Source: the human T2T-CHM13v2.0 reference genome, Homo sapiens. Taken from it: DNA of 64,000 bases. A model generated the notes under the pieces. It was not told the DNA's origin. It did not search any database and saw nothing but the letters and a program-made list of their open reading frames with translations. Within the stretch, counting starts at the first letter, position 1. Every line of letters starts with the position of its first letter. The stretch is taken from NCBI RefSeq assembly GCF_009914755.1, contig NC_060937.1. The stretch is one strand, 5' to 3'. The position numbers were made by a program, and so were the translations under genes. Of the stretch, positions 43,233 to 59,726 are shown one piece after another.

Positions 43233-45019
43233 TAACTTCCTGAAAGGATGAAAAATTGAAAGGGAAGTTATTTTTCTTTTTGTTTTAACTTTTTATATTT
43301 TTCTATTGCATAAACTTTACCATGATCATCTTTTATTACCAAAAAAAGGTTGTAAATAATAATGCAGAAAAGCTTTAAGCCAAGAACTCAATTGTTTAAA
43401 GAGTTAAATTAACCACTATGTACAAAATAAAGCACAGTTTCAAAGAGTAGACCCAAAAAAAATGGAAGTTTGAGTAAACTTCTAGCATGGTGAACCAAGA
43501 TTATAATCCTTCACTTATCTTTTAAGAATTAAGTGTCATTTTATTTTTTGTCTTTTGTTCCTTTTTAAATTGAAGTTAACTGAAGCTGTCTATATTCCTT
43601 GCACAACTCTCTTCCCTGGGCTACCATTATTTTGAGAAGGATGTTCATGACAAGCACTAACAGGGAGAGATGATAGGTTTCTCAGTCATAATTGAATTCG
43701 TTCGCTCCGGCCTTTCAAACAGCTGCAGTGTTTAAAAGCATCCAACTGTGAGGGCTACATGCCTTCATGTTTCTTTGTTTTTTAACAAGCTGACTTGACA
43801 CACATATCTCTAGAGAATTTATTGAGAAACACATCTGAGAAGCCAACCCAGAAGGAAAACACTTAGCCTCTTCACTGCTACTCAGAAAGTAAACACTGGA
43901 TTCCTTATAATTCTATTATTTACGTACTTTACTTAAAACCAAGATCACTGGGCATCACGCAGATTTGAAAAATGTCCAAGGTACTTAAATTGCCACCCAA
44001 TTCAACTTCTTCTAATTAAAGCATTGCAGGCCTTTGTTAAAACACAAAAGAATATGCTGTCTTCAACAGACGGCACATTGCATGGTTTTGTCCTTCATTT
44101 CAACCTCAGCAACCTTTTCTCCAAGGACATGTTGCAAAACAGAGCACCAAGCAAATGAAACCTCTGACGCTAAGTGTTGGTGAGGATAAGAGGATCGAGA
44201 AGGATGGAGCACACATCACAGTGTTGTCAACGAGGGGGCCTTTAGGGAATTCATCTCTATAACATATATAGTTCTATTTACTAACATTTTACGATTCATG
44301 TAAGAGTAGAATAAACAAAAGTGATTATTAGAGAAAAGAGAGCTCAGGAAAGATCAGGCAGTTCCCTCCATACCAAATTGGAAAGGTCCTGCATGATTAA
44401 ACCACTACATGTGCTTTGGTTACCCACAAGCAGGGTTTATGGTAGTTTAATGTACAAAAACGGAATCCAAAGCCTTGGACTTGGAAAACAGACCCAGCAC
44501 CTAAGGGTTAATTAAGGGTCTCTAGCACACTCATTCAGATGCATGTAGGATCTGCATCATTCTGATCAACACCCTAGTATTCATACCCTAGTGAGACCGA
44601 AACTTAACATGATAGTTATGTATCATTTCAGGCATTCGTGATAAACTGAGGCATGTGAGACAAGCTGACCAAAGCTTCAGAAGTGTTTCCGATCTGCATG
44701 CATAAGGAGGAGAAACTATTCATCCAGCCCCCTCAATGACCATACTGGTAAGTGGGTACCAGCTCTAAATTCTAGCCCACCTCATTCAGGTAGCCATTCA
44801 TCTCCTGCACATCTACGTTCAACAAACTCAACAGCATTCCAAGAATATTTATCTGAGTGTTTACTAATGCCAGGTTCTGAGTTTAAACAGATTTAAATAG
44901 ACTAATAGACCAAGAGTTCTTTCAAGGACATTAAAATCTCCAGGACAATATCTTCTGTTTTTGTCAGATCAATTCCCTCCAAATCTCTTCCTCAAACAGC
45001 CGGAAAGATTACACTTCTG

Positions 45020-45575
45020 AATTCTAGGAAGATGGCCACAGCAATGGAAGCAAAATTGTTTGATTTTCCCAAATCTCCACACAAAAACAGAACAACTGAT
45101 ATCAAAACCAAAACCCATGGACAACATTTACAACAAAATTAGGTGAGAAAGTATCCTCTTGAATCCAAAAATAAAAGTGGCTTTGGTACAAACTACATAC
45201 AAGACTTGCAGAATCTCGGCATCTCTGAGGAAGGGTGCAAAGGGAAGCAGCCGGGTGACTGACAGGCCAGAGAACAGATCTACAAGGCAGCCAACAGGTA
45301 CTCATTGTCAATCATGGCCTGCCCATGGGAGCACAGCAGCTGAAACCACAAGTTTTTCTCTATCCCAGTTAGTGAGTAGAAGTGCCCACAGCAAAGTCTA
45401 AGGGTATAAACTCTGGAAACTGACACTCCAGGACTCACATCTAAGACAGGAACTCACACCGACAAGAAACGGCTTGATCAGGAGAGAGAAAATAGAAAAA
45501 AAAAAGAAAAGAGATGGTACACATAAAACAGAAATGGGGAACGAGCCGGGAAATCTCAGAAAATAAGCTACCATA
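45020..45575 (+). mobile_element. Possible ancient L1M 5'-end/HAL1 fragment
   Basis: 'ggaagatggcc' start motif and A-rich body; weak. Confidence 0.35.
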
Positions 45576-46642
45576 TTTTTAACAGCTTTATTAATATATA
45601 ATTTACATACCATAGATTCACCTTTTCAAAGCATACGGTCACTGCTTTTTAGCATATTTACAAAGTTGTGTGACCATCACCATCATTTTCAGCACCCCAG
45701 AAAGAACCCTGTACCCGTCACCAATCGCACCTCCATATCTGGACCTTACCCCCTTCCCCCAAACACTGATTTAATTTCTCTATGTATAGATTTAACTATT
45801 CTGGACATTTTATATAAATGATGTCATATTAATATGTGGTCTTCTGTGACTGGCCTCTTTCATTTAAGCATTTTTTGGGGTTCATAATGTTGTGGCATGT
45901 ATCAGTGCTTCATTCCTTTTTATTGCCAGGTAAAATTCCATCATATGGATATGAAACATTTTGTTTATCCATTCATCACGGATGGACATTTGGGTTGTTT
46001 CCATTTTTTGGCTATTACGAATAATGCTGCAATGAAAATTCACATACGAGGGTTATTTTTGGTATAAATTTAGGGGGTATTAATGCTGTTTTGATATATG
46101 TATGTATCATATAATGGTGAAGTCCAGGCCTCTAGTGTAACCATCAACCAAATAGTGTCATGTATGAGTTTTTGTAGAGAGTTACGTTTTCATTTCTCTT
46201 GGGTAGATAACTGGGAGTCGAACTGCTGAGTTAACTGGTAACTCTATGTTTAACCTTTCAAAGAACTGCGAGACATTTACCAAAGTGGCTGTACCATTTT
46301 ACATTCCCACCAACAGTGTATGAGGATTCCAATTCATCCACTTTCTCATCAACACTTGTTATTATCAGTCATTTTTATTATAGCTGTTCTGGTGGGCGTG
46401 AAGTAGTATCTCATTATGATTTTGATTTTCACTTCTCTAATGACGAATGATGTTGAGCATTTTTAATGTGCTTATTGACCATCTGAATACCTTCTTTGGA
46501 AAAATAACCATTCAAATACTTTGCCCATTCTTTAATTGGATTATCTTTATTATTAAGTTGTAAAAATTCTGTACATGTTCTGTTTACAAGTTCCCTCTGA
46601 TATATGATTGCAAACTTACAAGTTCCCTCTGATATATGATTG
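45576..46642 (-). mobile_element. L1MB 3' region with a nested short L1PB-like 3' end at ~46050-46158
   Basis: 'ttttaacagctttattaatatataatttacatacca', 'ccaaagtggctgtaccattttacattcccaccaacagtgtatgagg'. Confidence 0.85.
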
Positions 46643-46705
46643 TGTGCATATATATATACACACACGCACACACACACACACACACACTCACATACATACA
46701 TACAT
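46643..46705 (+). repeat. (TA)/(CA)/(CATA) compound microsatellite
   Basis: Seen directly. Confidence 0.9.
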
Positions 46706-48283
46706 AGTTTTTCATAAAGAGTTATTGGTCAGTTACCAGTCTTGCCTTCAAGAAACCTTTTGTTTAAACTTATAATATGAATATATACGTAAGTCTTCAC
46801 ACAATGATATCATACATGTGGGTTTTTAAAAAGGCTAGAAATGTATATACCAGAATCTCAACAATGTTTGTATCACAGTAATGGCTGGTAATTGGCAAAT
46901 TTTTCCTTTTTGCTCAATTTGTTTTAAAATATTTTCTACAACAAAACCTTTTCTAATTTTAAATTTATATTCATTTTAAATACTGTATGCTCACTCCCTC
47001 CCAGATATTTCAACTGACTCAATTTAGAAATAGGAAAGTAATGGCTGGGTTCACGATTAATCTGTTCTTCCATTTCAGTAGCCCATTTCAAATCAAACAT
47101 TCCATTCCTTCCCAATGTAGATTTATTCACATTAAAGGTTCCCCCCCTCTTCAAAATACCCTGGCTAACAGATAAATTTAAAGTATTGGGTTTCTCTGGA
47201 AGTTCTGCAAATTAGTTTAGTTCATTCCACAGTTTGATGCAGATTGACCCTTGGTGAAACTTCACAGTAAAATACACGGAATCTTAAATATAATTTTAAG
47301 GAACAAAAACACAAATCTCTTTAATGAATTTATATTCTGCTGTCAACAAAGGCTTTCAAGGAGGCAATAAATGTTCTCTGCAATCCCAGCTTCTCTTTAG
47401 ACATGTATGTAATTTCAATTAATAAATTTAGCGAACCCTTTGCTAGATAGCTATAAAGGTCCCTTCTAATCTTAGGATGTTAAGATACTAGTGTTAATTT
47501 ATACTTGCCCTGCTATATCATCTCTGGAGGAAATGAATTCGAATCCAAAATTTCTTTCAAATATTCTGACCCACTTGACAGATGTTGTAAAGGATTTCCC
47601 CAGCTTTCAGATTTTTAAATTTGTTCACCAAATTTGTTTATCTTAACCAAATTTGCCACTTACCTTAAAACTCAGTTGCCTGCCTTGTATAAACAAAATA
47701 ACAGCACTCTCAGAGTATTGTTGTGAGGTTTAAATAAGCTAATGTACGTAAATAACGGTGTATGCTCATGATAATCACTCAATAAATGGTACCTATAATT
47801 ACTATGTTTGATATATTCACATCACGTCCTCTTTAAAAGCTTTCCTATATTACAGCCATCCCCCTTTTCATTCCAAAGGTTCCTATGCTGTCAGTCTACC
47901 GTCTGCTATGGTCTGCCTAACCCAAGCCCATCTCCACACACACAGTAATCCAGGTGCGGACACAGCACAGCAGCGCACAAACGCCAGAACAGTGCTTCTT
48001 CTTCTATCTCCTTCTCCTCAGAGCTGACCCTTAAATACCACAGCCCGTCACGCTAATGAATTATGCCCCAAATAAACTACAAGCCAATGAAGACTAGAGG
48101 TCAAACTATAAATAAACTCCACACGTGCTGTATTTGCTGAAGAAGTTGGGTCAGGGCACACCACACTACATGATGTGCAGGTCTATATTTGGTTATCAAG
48201 AAATTAAACACCTGTCTCTTTTTCAGAAATACCACGTGGACATTAAAAGTAAAAAATAACTACTTTAGAAATACCGAAGGGGA

Positions 48284-48615
<332 letters not shown>

Positions 48616-49133
48616 TTAACTAATATAAAATGTAAGACATTTCACATAGACCATGAATCCACGTGGCTAAAGCTTATCAGGCCACAGAGATAAAAAAGCC
48701 GAAAGAACCCAAACGTTACGCCATATATTTTCCAACAAATGGTTTAAACGCTCTTCTCCACAACCGCTCCTTTGTTTTACTGACCTTAGAAGGCAAGCAC
48801 ATGGAAAATATGACAATAACTCAAATTCTAATACTGATGAGAGTTAAATGAAATACATAATAAAATCTTCCCCACCTTATGATATAATGTGATGAAATAG
48901 AACTAGTTACCACTTAGTATGAAACAGGAGGGCTTAACGTAAAATCTCATTAATACTATTATTATGTCTGCCTCATGGGCTTTTAGGATTCCTCTCAAAC
49001 CCACAAACATTTGGAGTAAAGGACATTTCCTAAAATGCTTCAATGCCAAGGGCCATTTGGTTAAAGTGTTTCAAAAAATAATACTGAAATGGTTCTATGA
49101 AGCTGTAGTGACAGCCCCAATTTATAGAGTTAA

Positions 49134-49538
<405 letters not shown>

Positions 49539-49899
49539 TAATCCCATAAATTTTCATAAGGCTAAGGATGAATCAGTCAGTTTAATAAGATTCACTTACT
49601 GAAATGTCACTAGTCTAACTACTACAAATAATAACCAGGCAATTCAAACAAGTTGGGGGGTAGGCCTAGGGACAGCAGTGTTCGCATGTCTGGGAGAAGA
49701 AGAGAATCCTGTAAATTATAATGAATAAGAGAGCTTGAAATTTTGTGAGGGCTGTAGAAGTTTGGGCTATACCCTCCCAATTCACCCTAATTTTGCTTCC
49801 CCTCACACAAAACACACATCTGAATGATAATCCAGTTTAAGTTAGGTAAGTAACCCCTTTATGGCTTCTAAATGCACAGATGGCCTAAAAGACGTGGGG

Positions 49900-50228
49900 T
49901 TTTTTTTGTTTGTTTGTTTTTCTTTTGAGACAGAGTCTCCTCTATCATCCAGGCTGGAGTGCAGTGGTGCAATCATGGCCCACTGTAGCCTTGACCTCTT
50001 GGGCTCCAGTGATCCTCCCACCTCAGGTTCCTGAGTAGCTGGGATCACAGGCACATGCTTACACACACGCATGCACACACACACGGTTATTTTTTTTATT
50101 TTTTATTTTTAATGAAGACAAGGTCTCACTATGTTGCAAGGCTGGTCTCAAACTCCTGGGCTCAAGCAATCCTCCCACTTCAGCCTTCGAAAGTGCTGGG
50201 ATTACAGGTGTGAGCCACCATGCCCAGC
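49900..50228 (-). mobile_element. AluJ with an internal CA-rich expansion
   Basis: J diagnostics; 'acacacacgcatgcacacacacac' near the middle linker. Confidence 0.9.
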
Positions 50229-50524
50229 TAAAATACCTTTTTACCGTCACCTCTAAATAAAGTCAAAGGGCCAAATAAACTAAATTGATTCCACAATTTC
50301 AAACAAACAAAAAGGAAATGAAGTCATTAGGTCTTCCCAGGTTATTACCAGAAAAAAAGATACTAAATTTGGAAGTTTATTTTAACATATAATGGAAGTT
50401 GCAGGATTAATTCCCAATCTATTAACAACGCCAATTTTCAATTTATTGTTGCAGAGAAGTTAGTTGTCATAAACCACATTTAGGCAACATCATAATTCTC
50501 CAGTAAGAGACATATTTACCGAGT

Positions 50525-51084
<560 letters not shown>

Positions 51085-51237
51085 AAATTTGTAAACTTTC
51101 TTAAAACATTATAAGATTTTTTTGTGATTTTTTTTAGCTTATCAGCTATCCTTATTGTTTGTGTATTTTATGTGTGGCCCAAGACAATTCTTCTTCCAAT
51201 GTGGCCCAGCAAAGCCAAAAGACATTGGATACCCCTG
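51085..51237 (-). mobile_element. MER30 (hAT MITE), partial
   Basis: 'gtgtggcccaagacaattcttcttccaatgtggccca...ttggatacccctg'. Confidence 0.85.
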
Positions 51238-52127
51238 ATAAACCTAGGACCACACCTGCAGATATGGAATTTCAAGAACAAAGAGGCCAGACTGTTAGTC
51301 TTAAAAGGATAGAGTTCTTTCTGTCACTAAGCATCACGGCGGGAAACACTTTGTATTACACTGTCAAGATTCCAGTTATATGACCTGTAGCTTCCTCAGT
51401 GTATAAAAACTGATTCACAGTACCCTAGCTTTTAACCACAGGTGTTTGCATTTCTGGAGCCCCTCTCTTCGGTGGTTCTCTACAGGATCTCAAATAACTA
51501 AAACCAAACATGGTTCTCCTTCTCTTCTTCTAGAGCAGGGTTTCTTGATTGGGGTTCCATGATGTCAAGAAGGGTCCCACAAGAGATTGTGCTTAGGGTG
51601 GAAAAAAACAATTGTCTCTTCAACTTCATATGCCTCCTGTGATGCTTGTGTTTGGAGTGATGTACAGTGATCAAGCAATCCCATTAGCAATTAGAAGTAT
51701 TTTGTCCCTTTATGGCACTGCAATACTACATCCGCATTCCCATGGTTGAGTTCATTCTCAGTGTCATGTCATGTCAGTGACATGTCAGAGGGAGGGTGGT
51801 AGGCCTAGGCCACTGAACAATCTCCAATGAGTTCTAGATGACACCACAAAAACAGCTGACTTGGTTAAACAAAGGCCAGGTCACTCTGTAGAAAGTCTTG
51901 ATAACAAGCACATAAATCTCCTCCTGCATACAGAAAGCCAAGGGCATAGCAGAGGAAGAATTCTCAACAAAGTGAACTGAAAGGTGAACTGCCTACAAAG
52001 TCAGACTGAGAAGTCCAGACCACATCCCATAAGCATGAGGAGCTACCCACGAAAAGTTTTTAGTAAGCTGAAATGAGGGGAAGTATTTTAGGACAATTAA
52101 TGTGACCATCAACTAGATCAATTAATG

Positions 52128-52285
52128 AAGTGTGTATGTGCATGTGTGTATTATATGGAGGAAGAATATGGGGGGATGTTGGTGTTTGTGTGTGTTTATG
52201 TTGGGAGAAGAAAGGGTATGCAGGATGGTGTGTAGGTGTGGTCTGTGTGGGTGTGGTCTGTGTGTATATGCATGTGTGTGTATTT
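52128..52285 (+). repeat. Degenerate (TG)n region
   Basis: Seen directly. Confidence 0.75.
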
Positions 52286-52466
52286 TGGGGGAAGAGAAAA
52301 TAGAGCAGGGTAGAACCAGTCAGAATGCTATGTCAATAATCCAGATATGAGGTGATCCTTAAAATAGGGATTTAGAAGTGAATAGGAAAAAATTCATAGA
52401 AAGGCCATTCAAAGTCAACAATGTGAAGACTGAAATGGGATGGAAAGAAAGCAAATCGAAAGTATG

Positions 52467-52801
<335 letters not shown>

Positions 52802-55464
52802 TTATTACCATAAATTGAAATTGGGATTTCAAGAGAAATACTTAAGACTTTAAAAGAAGAATTGGTTTTAGACATACTGAGTTAGGACTGACAGAAGACA
52901 TCCAGTTGTAGACATTCACCAGTGCTGGTGGCTGTTAAGCTATAAAGTCCCAGTGATTACAATACTGCAGAGAATGGGTGACATGAGAAAAATATTGGAT
53001 TGATGACATTTCCAGTACAGATGAGTAAGTCGAATACAAAAACAAGTTTATCAAGCCATCTTCACATAGGCATTAAACCATCTGAGAGTACTTCAATCTC
53101 AGCATTGTTCACTTTAATAATTTACACTCTACTTGGGAACACATATTAAATAACAGACCACCAAATGTGCTTCTCGCAAGTAGTGACAAACTATATATCA
53201 CACTAATCCAAACTGATTCTGTTGCTTTAATTTATTTAGAGTCTTGTGGCTTTTTAAGCATTTTTCTTACATTAACTGACTTTTCCTTTATAATTATTCT
53301 GTGAGGAAGGCCACAAAATTTCTTGAAATCGGAGACATAAAGGGTGAGCTGTATTTAAGGGAAAACTTCTTAGATGAAAGAGTTTTGCTTGATCATCTTG
53401 TTATATTTTATGGTTTTGTACAAAACCACTGGTACCAAAAATGATCTTAACTGTTAAATTCATGTTATTTCTGGCAACAACATAAAGTACTCCATCACAG
53501 ACTGAAGACAACAGTCCACATAAATATCAAGTTTCCTCCTTGGCCATTTTAAAGAAAAGCATAGCTACTTTATGAAATTCAAGGGTCACAGAACTTAGCA
53601 ATCTGACTCACTAGGAATTGTGCAATACACTTTGATTTGTAACTGAAATTAGGAAGCACATTACTTGTACAAAGCAAATGCATAACAAAGTTTAGCAAAT
53701 TGTACAAAACCTCAATCTGGAAATCAAAATAGCTATTCTGAGACAAATATTGTGGCATTCTTTCCTTTATTATTTTATGCTGTAAGAAGAATAATTTGTA
53801 TAAATAAAAAGCAACACTGGTTCACTAGTAGTGACAAATATACTCAAGTCATGTCAACAAGAAGGGAAACTAGGCATGCAGTGTATGGGAACTCTGCAGT
53901 ATCTTTATAGCCTCTCTGTAAGTCTAAAATTACTACTCTGAAATTAAAGTTTCCTTAAAAAAGTAATCTCCGTACTTCTCAAAAATTTTTAATGAAAATT
54001 ATATTTGGCCTAATTTTGCAAACCGTTTATTCAACAAATATGTATTGAACAACTGAGTGCTCAGCTCTGTATGATTTACAAAGATAACTAAGTGCTGACA
54101 GCTGAGACATCAGCCCCCTCTCATTTCCAAGCTGCAGTATTCACAGAGCCTCAAGTGCAGGAAAAGACAAAGACCACCCAGGCATACGGAAAGAGCAACA
54201 TACAAGCAATACTCAAAAGGCACAAAGCAACTTTTCCTGCACAAGCACCCTGGAAACCTATTTGATCAGGCTACATCTTATGCCAGCCCTGGATTAAATC
54301 TGAGACAGTCACCGTGGTTAGGTGCCAGGTTGTGGATAATAAAAAGTCCCTAAAATAGTCTTCATTCGGTAAATACCCAGTCTATGTAATAACCAAACTA
54401 TGGGCTCCATTCAAAGGGAAAGTGTCACCCTCCACTGGCTCAGGCAGCTGTGAGGCACAAGGGCAGGGTGGGCTTCCTCTCTTCACTTGCCCAAACCTAG
54501 ATCCTACTGGCTGACTAGCAGTTTCTTCTGACCCCTGGAGGAGAAAAGAGGGCAGGGAAGGTCAAACTGCCCTGCAAGTATCTTTGTTGGTTTACTGTGC
54601 AGATGCTCAAAGCTGCTTGCTCTGCTCATAGGTGGACCCTCCTTGACATGCCCAAAAGCACCTGCTCCGGATGGTCACTCACAATTCCACCCAATATCTC
54701 TGGTCCACTGTTAGCAGGAAAAGCAGCTACTTCCCACCCATCGTCTTCTGTTCTCTGCCACTGGCATGACTCACACACCACACCCTGTCCCCCAAGAGCC
54801 AGGGCCCACATGCCAGGCTCTACTTGCTGCCCCCTCGCTGAAATGGGGCTCACAGCACAACTGCCACTTGCCCTAGACACGTCACCTCCTTCTACTTCCC
54901 AAATCTCCTTCCAGCCTCATGTGCAGGCTGAAGGTGTGTGCTGAGCCGGCATCCTCAAACCTGTGTCCTGCACCACCTGCCCCGGGTAAGTGCTACCTGG
55001 GAGGAGTAACACTGCCCTTTGGAGTCTGAGAGTGGTGGGCACATAGGACCTCAGCTCAAACTGGATTTCATCTTATCACCTGCTGAAATTATAATACCAG
55101 ATAGAAAATAAGAGTCATAAAAATGAAAAAAAAATTGCCTGGGCTCAGAATAGAAGGCTCCTTCTAGTTTTTAGCATAGGGGATCAGGATAGGTTTAATT
55201 AAGGACCTTCATCATGGAGAACAGGGGCACATACAGACCAGGCAGAGGAGGAGGGGCACGCATGAAAGGATGTGGCCTCCTTTAAGGAATCAAGTGTGTT
55301 TTGTTTTGTTTTCAGACATGAAGAATTAAGATATGGAAACCTATTTTAACTAGTAGTATTATTCTTATTCCAGTGATTCATGTGTTAGCAACCCTTATAA
55401 ATAAATGCCTCAGGTGGCTGCCTGGCTTTTTACCTTTTAGTTTCAACTCTACTGATGAACAGAT

Positions 55465-55660
55465 AAGCTTGGAAATCTGACAGTCCTATGTTCACATCGT
55501 GCCAATTACTAGTTATGCAATCTTGAGTAAGTCACATAATCTTCCACATTTGTCAACGTGGTAATGATACTACCACCACCATAGGGTTGTTATTAAAATT
55601 AAATGGAAGTGAGTATAAATCCCAGTATGTGAAATATAATAAACTATCTGGATATGCTAA
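55465..55660 (+). mobile_element. MIR
   Basis: 'ttactagttatgcaatcttgagtaagtcacataatct...atagggttgttattaaaattaaatg'. Confidence 0.7.
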
Positions 55661-56693
55661 CTATACTTGTTATTATTTTATTATTATTTTATCATAATTG
55701 TCAATGACTAAAATGTAAGCATTTCTCCTGAGATCATAAAATGTTAGATTTGGCAAGGACTGACTTGAAAATCACCTAGTGTGATTCATTTAAAATTAAG
55801 GTAATCTAATTGCCAAAATTTTTTAACTCAGCCAGCAGGTGTTACTAAGCCCCACCGATATAGCATTGAGTATGCCATGGTATTTATTCTTTCTATTGGG
55901 AAATAAGAATATAAAGAAAAATTGTAATCGAATGTGTGAAAAGACCTGTTTAAATGAGAATCCAGATGGAGGGATAATTACTTTTCCTGCCAGACAGGAG
56001 ATGGATCTGGGACAGTTACACAGGGCATGCGGCATTTGAGCTGGGCCCTAAAAGATAAGTAGGAATTTTCCAGCTGAAAAAGGGGGAAAAGAGAATTTCT
56101 AGCAAACAAAAGATCCTAAACAATGAAGGGCATACATTTAGCTATTAGGCCAAAGCTTCTTGTTAGTTACTCTGAGAGGTCCCCTTAAGTTTTCCAAAGA
56201 GGTCTGTGTTCTTAAAATAGAACACTTGTTATCTACATAAATATTTAATTAACAATATTTCAAGCAGTGTTAAGGTGAAAAATACAGGCAGCTTGAAGAC
56301 ACAGCCTTACATAAGCAATTGCTAATAATTTCTCAGAAGGGCCAGCTCTGCTAAACACTTTATTTCAATGGTTTTCTTTTTCTCAATTTTTGGAATCACA
56401 GATATTCTAACAACTCCAAGTGCTATGTTTGAATTACAATTTTTATTCACTCCCTACTCTCTGCTGCAACCTCCGCAAAATAAACACACATATACCCTGT
56501 TACTATCATAGCAGCAGTTCTGGTTGTGCTAAAGGTGGATTGAAGACTGGGGCAAAATAGGAGCAGCCACTATCCAAGGGACCAAAAACCACATGTGGGA
56601 CCTCTTGGGTGCCATAACTCCAAAAGGGTTGGGACCACTGATCTAAACGTTTGTTTTGTGTAACTATTAATTGTTTTACTTTCTCTCTCTTTC

Positions 56694-56722
56694 ACACACA
56701 CAAACACACACACACACACACA
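56694..56722 (+). repeat. Interrupted (CA)n
   Basis: Seen directly. Confidence 0.85.
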
Positions 56723-57369
56723 AATGGAGATTATATAACTCAGGGTACTTTTACAGTAATTCAAATGTGACTTTAGCCACTTTGCTGTAACCAACCAATT
56801 TTTACAATTGCCTCAGATAACTGCTTAAGAAAGTTTTGCTGGAGGTTATTTTGCTGGTCAAGCTCTGTTGCAATCTAAGAGGTGTCTTTAAGCAATCATT
56901 TGGCCTCTCTACCGTTCTGCCTCTTCTCATTCCAGTGCTGGAGGAGGAAAAAGGAGCTGTTGAAGTTTTATGCAACATTTTCACCCTATTCCTTGGATTT
57001 CTGTCTAACAATGTATGTATCTAGTAAGGATTGCAGATTTTTACCAACTTTTTAGTTTTTATAGTCTATTACCAGCTTTAAGAAAATATAGAAGGCAAAT
57101 ATGTGAGTTCTGATGAGGCATACCTCGAAGTTGTATAAAATATATTATCAAAAATCATGTTAAAGGGGGATAAATACTCTTCTAACTCTTCTAATAGATA
57201 TATTTCTGAAATTACAGCAGGAAATGAATGAGAACCACACAGTAGTGTAAAGGTTTATAACAATTTACATTCTTCCACAGAGGGAGGCTGAAGTGGGCAT
57301 CACACATTAACTGTGGTCTCCCAGTCACCTCCATCTGGTACATATGTGGAACTCACAAATTGTATTAAA

Positions 57370-57800
57370 TCAAAAAACCTTCGCTGAGTGCTTACCATGT
57401 GCCTGATTCCACACTACATGCTATGAGAATACAAAAATAGATTATATGATATGGTGTCTCTCATCAGGGGTGATAGGACGTGCACAAATAACCACAGTAG
57501 AATGCCAAATATGACAAGCACTGGAAGAACGGTGTGCTACTAGCAAAAAAAGTTTCTGGAAGGATCAGAAGTCCTCGCGCAGGAAGCGGCACTGGAGCTA
57601 GATTTTAAAGGAAGAGCAGGATGTCACTGGGCAGAAATGAGAAGAACACTGCGTGAACAAACACAAAGGAAGAGGAGAGGGAGGAACATATCAGAAGAAG
57701 GGCAAGTACCACATTTTGGCAGAGACAGAATAGGCCAAAGAAGATTGGAGAGCCTGGATCCAGGAAACTCCTCAGTGGCTATAGTAAGAAGTTAGATGCT
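57370..57800 (-). mobile_element. L2 fragment
   Basis: 'gctgagtgcttaccatgtgcc', 'ctggagctagattttaaaggaagagcagga'. Confidence 0.6.
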
Positions 57801-59600
57801 GCCATCTTCCAGAAGGGGTGGGGGACTTGTGCTGGGCAGAGCAGTGGCAATAGGAATGGACAAAGGACATCTCTTATCTGAGAGACAATTGGTCCAAGAA
57901 AAGTTGCAATGAATGCTCACTAGCTATAGCTAGCCTTCTACCTACATGGCCTCTGCAATTCAGAGAGCCACAAAAATAGTTACAAAAAAAAAGTGAATGT
58001 ATAGCATGTAAATCATAAATACAAGTCAGCATAATTTTTAGATTTTCAAAGGTTTGAATTTCTTTTTAGAGTGCTACAACAGTCAGTAATCAACAAATCT
58101 ACGTGTATAAACTTCCTTCTATAGTGTGAAACTACTTGGGCCTCAAGTGGCGATTTGGTGAGGCAAATAAGCACGAAATTTAGAACTGCTTCAAGCAATG
58201 TGGAATGCAGATATTTCTACTTTGAAGAAGATAATCAGGAGACCTAATTAGATCTCTAGTAAAGCTTTCTGGAACATAATCAGAAATAACAGTGATTTTC
58301 AAATAACCCCACACAATTATGCTTCCTGAGATCCTTGTAAATTCTACGCAACAATAATTTAATAAGTTACACCAAATGTAGTGGGGTACGCAGATGCAAT
58401 GGGGACAGGAAGAGAACAAGCAGTCCAAGAAAATATTAAAGCAGGAAATCATTCAGGGGGAAAGGGTGAACAAAATCTAGAGAAGAAATATACCCTCTAC
58501 AAGAGCTGAACGAGGCCTTCAGAAAACGGACCTTGAGTGAACAGAAAAGACCAAGCAGTTATAAAAGGGGGAATTATTTAGGCAGATTTACCCCCTGGTT
58601 CTCAAGAGCCCAACACTGGAAAGTCAAAAGCAGAGACGAATAAAAACATCACTCTTTGCTTAAAATTTAGATTACTTATCAAAGAAAATTCTATTCACTT
58701 ATCTATAATGAAGCACTAATAAAATCTACATTTGCTTTCCTAGTTTCTTTTGGAGAAATGATAAATAGGGGAACAGCAGGGTGGCATCCCCACTGCTCAG
58801 GTATCTGAGGTACTTCTCACTCACTGTGTGCAGATGATGCCTCAGAACAGTGACCATCGTCCTCACAAAGCCTTTTTGGACCCTTTGGCCACGTACAATC
58901 TCTCCATCCTTGGAGGCACCACTGAACTTGGCTTCAGCCTCTCCTATCCCATTTACAATCCCCCTAACTCCCTAACTGCATGGGGACTTTGTGAACTCAG
59001 CTGGGGAGTTCACAAAATCTTTGAAGACAGGCATTAGGTCACACTCACCTTTGCAACCCCTGATGGGAGAGACTCCTTAGTAATTTTTTATTTGCTGGGA
59101 AACTGTTACTAAGTAATTCTTTGGAGTATATTTATACATGCTTTCCTGTTACAAAATGTTCTGTAACAAGAACTCCAGAATAATTATTTTTGCTAAGAAC
59201 AATTATACTTCAAAGGAGCACTAATGATACTCTATTGGTTGTGTGTAGAGTCTTGGGAGAAAAACCTGAAATGAAGCGGCATATCATAGACTGGGCAAAG
59301 AGAACTTCTCTATTATGTTTATAAGAAAATAATTTTTGGATTACAAATGTACCTCATTTCCTTTAATATTAAAAATAACGAAGTACTTTAAAAGTGACAA
59401 CTTTCTTAACAAAAGACAATCATATTCCAAATCTATAAAAAATACTGACTTTAAAGTTAATTATTGTGACTTAATCACTGATACTGAGATGAAGCAATCC
59501 CTTATTTCATTTCATCAAATGTTCCACAAATCCATTTCCTCCCCATACATGGTGTACAAAGATTGTGCACTCAAATGCACATTTCGGGTATTAAATACTG

Positions 59601-59726
59601 GAGTTTGTTTTTTCAACTAGAGGTGGGATTGCCCAGGCTGGTCTCTAACTCCTGGGATCAAGTGATCCTCCCACCTTGGCCTCCCAAAGTGCCGAGATTA
59701 CAGGTGTGAGCCACCAACACCTGGTC
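59601..59726 (-). mobile_element. FLAM / Alu left monomer
   Basis: Monomer only, with TSD ttaaatactg on both sides. Confidence 0.85.

Noticed and set aside
59049-59059. Possible 11-nt minus-strand microexon (ctctcccatcag|GGGTTGCAAAG|gtgagt)
   Set aside because: Strong donor but short pyrimidine tract and not frame-preserving; expected by chance in 64 kb.
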